The notes under the pieces were generated by a model, which did no database searches, was not told the origin of the DNA, and saw only the letters and a list, made by a program, of their open reading frames with translations. The position numbers and the translations under genes are program-made. Positions 56,827-64,000 of a DNA stretch of 64,000 nt are shown here, piece after piece (positions within the stretch are counted from its first letter, which is position 1; each line of letters begins with the position of its first letter). This stretch comes from Eledone cirrhosa (lineage: Eukaryota), in contig OZ024747.1 of the NCBI GenBank assembly GCA_964016885.1, positions 28,768,001 to 28,832,000 of the forward strand, written 5' to 3'.

Positions 56827-56902
56827 AGTTAAACTTTGCATTGTCACAAAAGGAACTTTATGGTTCATTCGTTTCACAATAGCACGAAGACAATCTTTGG
56901 GT
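56827..56902 (-). CDS. STAM: STAM exon (76 nt): (G)PKDCLRAIVKRMNHKVPFVTMQSLT
   Basis: Acceptor tttttcag, donor gtgagt. Phase 2 in, phase 0 out. Matches the STAM GPKDCLR...NHK.P.V.MQ.LT segment. Confidence 0.96.
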
Positions 56903-57006
56903 CTGAAAAATATAGAAATATTATCACATAAAAACATATTGTCATAAAAAGAACTTTGTGGTTTATCTATTTCACAATAGTATAAGAGGAGGTTAACCAT
57001 ACATAC

Positions 57007-57091
57007 CCATTGGGAGTCCGACTGACTTTGTCACAGATATCCATAATGAGCCCCCAGTCTTCAGTCGTCCGCATTTCATTGGTGGCTTTTT
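57007..57091 (-). CDS. STAM: STAM exon (85 nt): (E)[28 protein letters not shown], start of VHS domain; the first coding exon is not seen and is probably beyond 64,000
   Basis: Acceptor tgtttcag, donor gtatgt. KAT.E..T.EDWGLI.DICDKV is the STAM VHS N-terminus. The seven exons total 608 nt and splice without a stop. Confidence 0.96.
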
Positions 57092-57370
57092 CTGAAACAC
57101 AAAAATAAAAGTTTAACAGAGGATTTTTTTAATTGTTTAATTAGAGAGGGAAGGGCAGTCTCCATGATCATTTTCAGGGTCTCTGAGATTGGTGGTAGAA
57201 CGGAAGGAAGCTATCCTCAAACTGAAGACCCCATTTGAATGCTTGTAACAGATTATGTTCCACTAAAGACCAAGTACTGCTGTAAAACTGAGCGACAAAA
57301 TAAGTCTACCAGCTATTTTATGCAAAAAAAAAAAATTAAGAACTAATGATAATTCTACTGGAAATGTCCA

Positions 57371-57599
57371 TTAACCCTTTAGCATTTAAACCGGTCATAT
57401 CCAGCCAGAATACTCTCACCTCTTTCTGTTCAAACTGGCCACTCATACTGGTGTTAAGGTATTGTTCTCAAAATAAATATCAAAATCTCATTGATTCGAT
57501 ATTATGTAAGATAATTATGTGAAATAATTATGTGGGATAAAGCCTTTCCCATGAAAATACAATAGTAAATATAGAGTAATGTAAATGCTAAAGGGTTAA
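57371..57599. mobile_element. piggyBac-type MITE (~221 bp) with TTAA target-site duplication
   Basis: TTAA|CCCTTTAGCATTTA (57371-57388) ... TAAATGCTAAAGGG|TTAA (57582-57599). This is a perfect 14-bp terminal inverted repeat starting CCC, with TTAA on both sides and no ORF. Confidence 0.9.
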
Positions 57600-57667
57600 A
57601 GACAAAAGTTGCTTTCAACTTAGTTCAAAAAGTGTTTTAAGGACATTACTTTTATCTTGGTATAAAA

Positions 57668-58100
57668 CCACTGTAGTATGTCTGCCATATATCTCAACCC
57701 TATGGTATCCCTGTAGTTTGTCTTATTATACCACTGTAGTATATTTGCCACACACCTTAACCCTATTGTACCCCTGGATGTCTGACAGACATACACCCTA
57801 ACCCTCTTGCTACCCTTGTAGTATGCCTGACATACACCAAAATCTTATTGTACTTCTGTAGTATGTTTGCCATACACCTTATACCTACGGTATCCTTGTA
57901 GTCTGTCATACACCTTATCCTTCTCAGGACCATTGTAGTATGTCTGACATATACCTTAACCCTATGGGACAACTGCAGTGTCTGTCATACACTTTAACTC
58001 TCTTGCTACCTTTGTAGTATGTTTGACATACACCTTAACCCTATGGTACCACTGATCACTGTAGTATGTCCCTTTCATACACCTTGATGCTCTTGGTACC
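57668..58100. repeat. Degenerate ~40-bp minisatellite (TGTAGTATGTYTGMCATACACCTTAACCCTATGGTACC-like), ~11 copies
   Basis: tgtagtatgt...catacacctt..ccct recurs at ~40-bp spacing. Confidence 0.8.
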
Positions 58101-59064
58101 AACCTACCTGAGACCACATTTATTTCCATAATACACAGCCACCCCTTTCAAAGTGTTCATATTTAAAACCATGCATCATAATTTAAAGTAAGAACCTTCT
58201 ATTTTTCTAAACACCAATTTATCACACTAATAAATGAAGATTCAATGAGCCAACCTCCATGAAATTTCAATATGCTGAAAATAACAGCCAAATCTCCCCC
58301 AAATCACACCCTAGAATCTTAAATATAGAACAGATTGGATGACATGGTCCCTGATATATGTACAAAACATTTTATTAATAAGTTTGGAACACTTTTGTTA
58401 ATAGGTCTTCTTTGCAAGTTAGCATAGGTTGCACAGCCATCACAATCAGATCTGAGTCAGGTTTTATTTGAAGTTACTGCTCTCATAAACAGGTCGGGAG
58501 ATCACATTTGCCTGTATGTTTATTTGATTCATCTATCTATATATAATTATCTCACTCTCTACCTACCTCCCTCCCTATTTATATCTATATCTAGAGAGAG
58601 AGAGAGAAATCTGTGTGTGTGCGTGCGTCTACATGTATCTCTCTGTTTATAAAGTAACCAGCATTACTCAACCTTATCTACCAGCTTAGTACAGTGAGAC
58701 TTATAAAACCAGCTGTACTCAGTAGCTAGTCAATAATAAGATAATATTTAAACTGTTGAAATGACAGCTGACATCTTAAGCCAGTCACATGACCCATGCT
58801 ATTAAGTGCCAATCACCATAACACAAACATCACAAAAGTCTCAGGTGTAACTTGAAGTGGACATGAAAATGTTAAGGCTTGAGGCAGCAGAATGACATCA
58901 CAATTTTTGGGGGAGGAATGAGTTTACAAATGGGCTGGAATTAAACAATTTTTCTTTGAGTGAAAGGTTGTATGGCGTATCTATTATTTACCATCACAGT
59001 TGAAAAACGTAAATCTGTCAGTAAATTGTTATCAAACTTCTATACTCAGCCGTGCCTACATCCA

Positions 59065-59498
59065 TTAATTTGTGTGTTACCATATTTCTAATGAAAAACA
59101 CAGTATGATTTTTTAATTAATTTTGAAAGGATTTAGTAATTAACTCATTATTAAGCTGATGGTCGGTGGATTGGCAGTATTGGTAGAGGGTCAAACGCTA
59201 TGCTTTGCAGCAAAGAGTTACGGCCCTTTATGGTCTGAGTTCAAATCCTGCCGAAGTTAACTTTGCCTTTCGTCCTTACGGGGTCGATAAAATAAAGTAC
59301 CAGTAATACACTGGGATAATTGCTGGCCTTGTGCCAAAAGTAGAAACAATTATTAAGCTGATGTTGAAGCATAGTTTAGAAAAACATCTTGCATGAAATT
59401 ATTATAGATTTTTAGATAAATATGTACATTTTAAAACCAACAGCTTTGTATCATAAAACCAAAGGCAGTTTCTGGCAGTTTTATATCACAAGGGTTAA
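59065..59498. mobile_element. Old TTAA-ended (piggyBac-type) MITE interrupted by a SINE; related 5' fragment at ~56427-56506
   Basis: The right end is ...cacaAGGGTTAA (59498). The left part ttac.atatttctaatgaaa.acac...tatgatttt..a.taattttgaaa is shared with 56427-56500, which begins ttaactcttt. The left TIR is degenerate. Confidence 0.5.
59162..59348 (+). mobile_element. Complete tRNA-derived SINE with a 15-bp target-site duplication
   Basis: A-box-like TGGCAGTATTGG and B-box GAGTTCAAATCC. Flanked by the exact direct repeat ATTATTAAGCTGATG at 59147-59161 and 59349-59363. Confidence 0.88.
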
Positions 59499-59908
59499 GT
59501 AACCATAGCTAGTTATCCACACAGAGAGATACTTCATTACAGGCTGGGCAAATCCATGCCAGAACAGATAATACAAACAAAATAATAAAAGATGTAAATG
59601 AAAAAAAGGAGATTGTATAAAAACATCTCTAAGAGAGAAAAAATACTGAAAAATATTCCAGTTGTTAGTATTGTTAATTCTTTGATGTTAAAGAGAAAGA
59701 AAGTATTTTCCTGTTTAAAGTTAGACGAAGAAAGAAAATCAGTTAATTATCAAATTGGACCAAGGAAATTATTTTATTGTCAATCTTTCCATTACTGATA
59801 CTAACTGCTAATCATCAGATTAACAATAAAAACTGTTTCTGTTAGTCTTTCTATTGTTGATACTATACTATCTGCCGGTCACAACTACAGGCAAAACTGC
59901 TTTTTATT

Positions 59909-59914
<6 letters not shown>

Positions 59915-59999
<85 letters not shown>
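59915..59999. repeat. (TG)~42 microsatellite
   Basis: Perfect dinucleotide run. Confidence 0.98.
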
Positions 60000-60001
<2 letters not shown>

Positions 60002-60039
60002 TTCTATATGAGCGAGACACGGTCACCCAATCAATCTTG

Positions 60040-60114
60040 CCTCAAGTGGGACTATTCCCGTCTAACCCATGCTAGCGTGGAAGATAGACGTTAAACGATG
60101 ATGATGATAATGAT
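60040..60114 (+). mobile_element. Probable 3' tail of an RTE-type LINE/SINE ending in (GAT)n
   Basis: ccgtctaacccatgctagcgtggaagatagacgttaaacgatgatgatgataatgat. A short-repeat tail is typical of RTE-clade 3' ends, and ccgtc..accc.tgc.agc.ggaa resembles the end of the LINE remnant at ~60902-60927. Confidence 0.5.
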
Positions 60115-60151
60115 ATATATATATATATATATATAGTCAATTAAGTTATAT

Positions 60152-60928
60152 ATGGCAGAGTCATACCCAAAGACTGGTACAGCAGTATTCTTGAAAATTG
60201 CTACAAAGGTAAAGGGGATTCTCTGGAGAGGAGCAATTATAGGGGCATAAAACTGATGGATCAGGTTATGAAAATGACAGAAAGAGTGCTAGCACAACTA
60301 ATTTGAGAAAGAGTCAAATTAGATGAGATGCAGTTTGATTTTGTGCCTGGGAAAAGTACAACTTCTTAGTGAGACAACTACAAGAGAGGAGGATGATCCA
60401 AGGCCATAGTATCTAGAATAAGGACAGGATGGAAGAAATTTAGGGAGCTGTTTCCTCTGTTGACAAAAAAGGGTTTCTCCCTACGAACAAAAGGTCGGTT
60501 GTATGATGCCTGTTCGATGCTGCATGATAGTGAGACATGGGCAGCAACTGCGGAGGATATGCGAAGGCTGGAGAGAAATGAAGCAATCATGCTCCGATGG
60601 ATGTGCAATGTCATTGTGCATGAACAACCAAGCATGGATGAGTTGAGAGTGAAACTGTATATAAGAGGGATAAATTGTATTGTGCGGGAGAGAAGACTGC
60701 ATTGGTATGGCCATGTGATGCACATGGAAGATGACCGCTGGATGAAGAAGTGCCAAGAAATCTCAGTGGAAGGAAGACACAGTAGAGGAAGACCATGAAA
60801 AACATGGGCAGAGGTGGTGAGAGCTGACCTCAGATCACTGAAGTTCACAGAGGAGATGATAAGGGACCGTGAAGAATGGAGAGATGCTGTGCTGAAGAGG
60901 ACCCGTCACACCCTTGCAAGCAGGAAAA
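60152..60928 (+). mobile_element. Degenerate, internally deleted RTE-clade LINE remnant
   Basis: Encodes IPKDWYSSILENCYKGKGDSLERSNYRGIKLMDQVMK...QLQE, then jumps to ...RIRTGWKKFREL...KGRLYDAC..MLHDSETWA..RRLERNE..MLRWMC..RRLHWYGHVM..RGRP. Homologous to the 61279-63914 element, with stops and frameshifts. Confidence 0.9.
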
Positions 60929-61240
60929 AGTGGAATTTTTATTATTGATCTATGAATCATTGTGAAAATTGAAAATATAGTAGTCACAATGCAGAAAACT
61001 CTATAACATTTATTATTCAATGCAAGAGTTTAAAATTAGACTTAATTAAATTAACAGACACATAAAAATATAGCTGCCACAATACAGATATATATATATA
61101 TATGCAAAAGTTTTATTTAAATTGTTGGGATACAATCAATATATATATTGTATTTTGTCTGATGAAGGCATACCATAATTTAACTTGGTATCCTTGAAAT
61201 AAATATGGTTTTATAAATATAGTTTCCATTTGTTAATATC

Positions 61241-61241
<1 letters not shown>

Positions 61242-61279
<38 letters not shown>
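61242..61279. repeat. (TA)n microsatellite at the LINE 5' junction
   Basis: Perfect TA run. It produces the spurious YIYIYI N-terminus of ORF 61230..62948. Confidence 0.95.
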
Positions 61280-61280
<1 letters not shown>

Positions 61281-63914
61281 ACCGACAGTGACTATATAGT
61301 TATTGCAGGCGACCTAAATGGTCACGTTGGACAACATTGTGACGGAATCCATGGAGGCTATGGGTTCGGTACTAGAAATGAGGAAGGCTCCAGAGTCCTG
61401 GAATTCTGCGACGCAAATAACTTAACTATCTGTAACACTAACTTCAAAAAACGAGACAATCACTTGATCACCTATAGATCGGGGGAACACACAAGCCAGG
61501 TAGATTATATCCTTACCAGAAGACGTGACAGAGTGTCTGTTGTTAACACTAAATCCCACCCCCATGAAGAATTCACCTCCCAACATAGACTGATAATTAG
61601 CGACCTCATAGTCAGGACGAGACGTACTAGACAGCGGAAGAGGACTATCCTCAGGAGAAAAATATGGAAGCTAAAGGACCCCATAGCCAGAAATAAATTT
61701 CAAAGCATATTACTTGACGCTTTCGACAGTAAGGAAGAGCAATTAGAGTCGTATAATATAGAGGAACAGTGGGAATTCCTGAGAGCAAACCTGCTGACGG
61801 CGGCAGACGAAGTCTGTGGCTGGAGCAGGCCTGTAGGTAGGAGGAGAGTAACATGGTGGTGGAACAGTAAGGTGGAGGAGTCAATTAAGGCCAAAAAGCA
61901 GGCTTGGAAAGTATGGCGGGATGGGGGAAGTAGAGAAGACTATCAAGTGGCCAGGAGGGAAGCTAGGAGACAAGTGTACTTCGCAAGAAGGGAAGCAGAG
62001 GAAAGAAAGTTCAAGCATGTTCTACAACGTGAGGACCAAAAACGTGAGGTGTTCAGGATTGCCAGGCAATGTGTCAAGGAAAACCGTGATATTGTCGGGG
62101 AGAAGTGTGTACTTAACGATGATGGCATACTTGCCATCACCGACGCTGATAAGAAGGTAGCTTGGAAGTGTCACTACGAAAGGCTTCTAAATGAGGAGAA
62201 CAAATGGGAGAAAGACAGTCTCCCCCAGATCGATCCAATAGAGGGACCAGCAGTGTTAGTTGAAGGTAGTATAATAAGTAAGGCAATCAAAGATATGAAG
62301 ACGGGTAAGGCGGCTGGGCCTTCGGAAATAGTTGCTGAGATGCTGAAGGCATCTGGTTCGGTGGGACACACCATGGTCACCCGGATAGTTAACCAAGTCG
62401 TACAGAATGGGGTTGTTCCGAAGGAATGGCGTAGCAGCATCATCGTTAACTGCTATAAGGGAAAAGGAGATGCCCTAGATAGGAGTAACTATAGAGGCAT
62501 TAAATTAATCGACCAGGTCATGAAGGTCACGGAAAAAGTAATAGCGCAACTAATCAGAGAGAGAATTGATCTAGATGAAATGCAGTTCGGGTTTGTGTCA
62601 GGCAAAAGTACCACAGACGCTCTTTTCATTGTACGACAACTACAGGAGAAGTACCTAGCTAAAAGTAAACCCCTATACTTAGCTTTCGTCGACTTGGAGA
62701 AAGCCTTCGACAGAGTCCCCCGTTCCATTATCTGGTGGTCTCTTAGAAAACTAGGTGTTGACGAATGGCTTGTGAGAGCTATACAAGCCATGTATAAAGA
62801 AACAGTCAGTAAGGTTAGAATTAACAACGAATATAGTGAAGAGTTTAGCGTAAAAGTTGGTGTCCATCAGGGCTCTGTTCTTAGCCCCCTACTATTTATT
62901 ATTGCCCTTCAGGCTATAACAGAGGAGTTCAAGACCGGCTGCCCATGAGAACTCCTATACGCAGATGATCTAACGCTCATAGCTGAATCAAAGACCGAAC
63001 TAGAGAAGAAATTCCAAACATGGAAGCACGGCCTAGAATCAAAAGGCCTTAAAATTAACCTGGCTAAGACTAAAGTTCTAGTTTGTAGGAAAGAAAATAA
63101 GGCGGCGGTCCCATCTGGGAAATGGCCATGCTCAGTGTGTAGGAAAGGCGTAGGTAGAAACTCCATTTTATGTCCCAAATGCAAAGTATGGGTGCATAAA
63201 AGATGTAGTGGGATCACAGGTAAGCTAACTAAGAACATAGATTTTACATGTGGCCGGTGCTCTGGTGCAATAAGTAGCAGCAAGTGCCCACAAAATACTA
63301 GCTCCTTCAACTGCGCAGAGGGTTCTATAGAAATAGTGGACAGCTTCCGTTATCTGGGTGACAAAATCAGCAGTGGGGGAGGGTGCTCTGAAAGTACAGT
63401 AGCTAGAGTCAGAACTGGATGGAAAAAGTTCAGAGAGCTTATACCACTATTAGCCGCTAAAGGGTTCTCCCTAAAAATGAAAGGCAGGTTATATGATACC
63501 TGCATACGAACAGCAATGCTGCATGGCAGTGAGACCTGGGCATTGTGTGCAGAGGATATACGCAGACTAGAGAGGAACGAAGCTTGCATGCTCCGCTGGA
63601 TGTGCAATAGTAATATACGTGAACGGCAAAGCATAAACGAACTAAGGAAAAAATTAGAAATAAGAGGGATCAGATGTTGTTTACTCGAGAGAAGGCTACG
63701 TTGGTACGGTCACGTGATGCGCATGAAAGACGACAGCTGTATAACAAAGTGCAGGGCAATAAAGATAGACGGTAGCCACGGAGTAGGCAGACCCAGAAAA
63801 ACATGGGACGAGCTGATAAATTCCGACCTCACACGCTTACACCTCTCCAAGACAATGTCACTGGACCGAGACCTTTGGCGGTACTCAGTAATAGAGAAGA
63901 CCCGCCTTACCTAA
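61279..63914 (+). pseudogene. LINE ORF (endonuclease + reverse transcriptase + PHD finger), single frame with one premature TGA at 62946-62948
   Basis: ORFs 61230..62948 and 63135..63914 are in the same frame. Reading through GCP*ELLYADDL (probably TGG to TGA) gives continuous coding to 63914. Confidence 0.9.
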
Positions 63915-64000
63915 ATACAAAGTAAAAACCTACTACAGTCAGTAGGCATCTCTATCAAAACACACCCCCGTCCCACCACCTCCACCCCACCCACACCGCC
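61279..64000 (+). mobile_element. 5'-truncated RTE-clade non-LTR retrotransposon (LINE), antisense to STAM; 3' UTR runs off the window
   Basis: APE endonuclease motifs IAGDLNGHVG, TYRSG..SQVDYIL and SQHR. RT motifs GKAAGP, YRGIKL, QFGF, FVDLEKAFDRV, GVHQGSVLSPLLF, YADD and FRYLG. RTE-type C-terminus MLHGSETW, RRLRWYGHVMR, GRPRKTW. Confidence 0.95.

Noticed and set aside
52152-57091. Alternative identity as HGS/Hrs, TOM1 or GGA (other VHS proteins)
   Set aside because: No FYVE or GAT domain follows the VHS domain. VHS followed by a single UIM and SLYPS linker, plus the EDWGLI and CSRDF motifs, fit STAM.
59162-59250. tRNA gene
   Set aside because: A and B boxes are present, but no cloverleaf is evident and the element has a SINE body, a TSD and diverged copies nearby.
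59854-60075. ORF ending ...QVGLFPSNPC resembles the SH3 C-terminal motif GLFPSN, i.e. the missing STAM SH3
   Set aside because: It is on the wrong strand, lies upstream of the VHS exons, is preceded by translated (TG)n and overlaps a retroelement tail. The match is coincidental.
60378-63634. Minus-strand ORFs overlapping the LINE copies
   Set aside because: They are antisense shadows of the retrotransposon ORF with no recognisable domains.

Overview
Eukaryotic (metazoan) genomic DNA; the repeat families present look octopus/cephalopod-like, which is an inference. Bases 1-~51,780 are one uninterrupted tandem array of a 51-bp unit (ACAACATGGTACTACAGTGGCAGACAGAACAGTATTGTAGATGTAAAACTG, about 1,000 copies, continuing past the left edge), with higher-order repeat structure. 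All ORFs predicted over it are artefacts of the 51 = 17x3 period. Bases 52,152-57,091 carry seven GT-AG exons on the minus strand that splice in frame into the VHS domain, UIM and linker of STAM (ESCRT-0 subunit). The last visible exon ends exactly where the SH3 domain should start, and no SH3 exon is visible, so the satellite appears to sit inside a >52-kb STAM intron. The other introns hold smaller minisatellites, tRNA-derived SINEs, TTAA-flanked piggyBac-type MITEs and microsatellites. They also hold two RTE-clade LINE copies antisense to STAM. One is 5'-truncated with a single nonsense codon just before YADD and a C4HC3 PHD finger inserted in the RT region; the other is internally deleted. 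No CRISPR array, RNA gene or prokaryotic system is supported.
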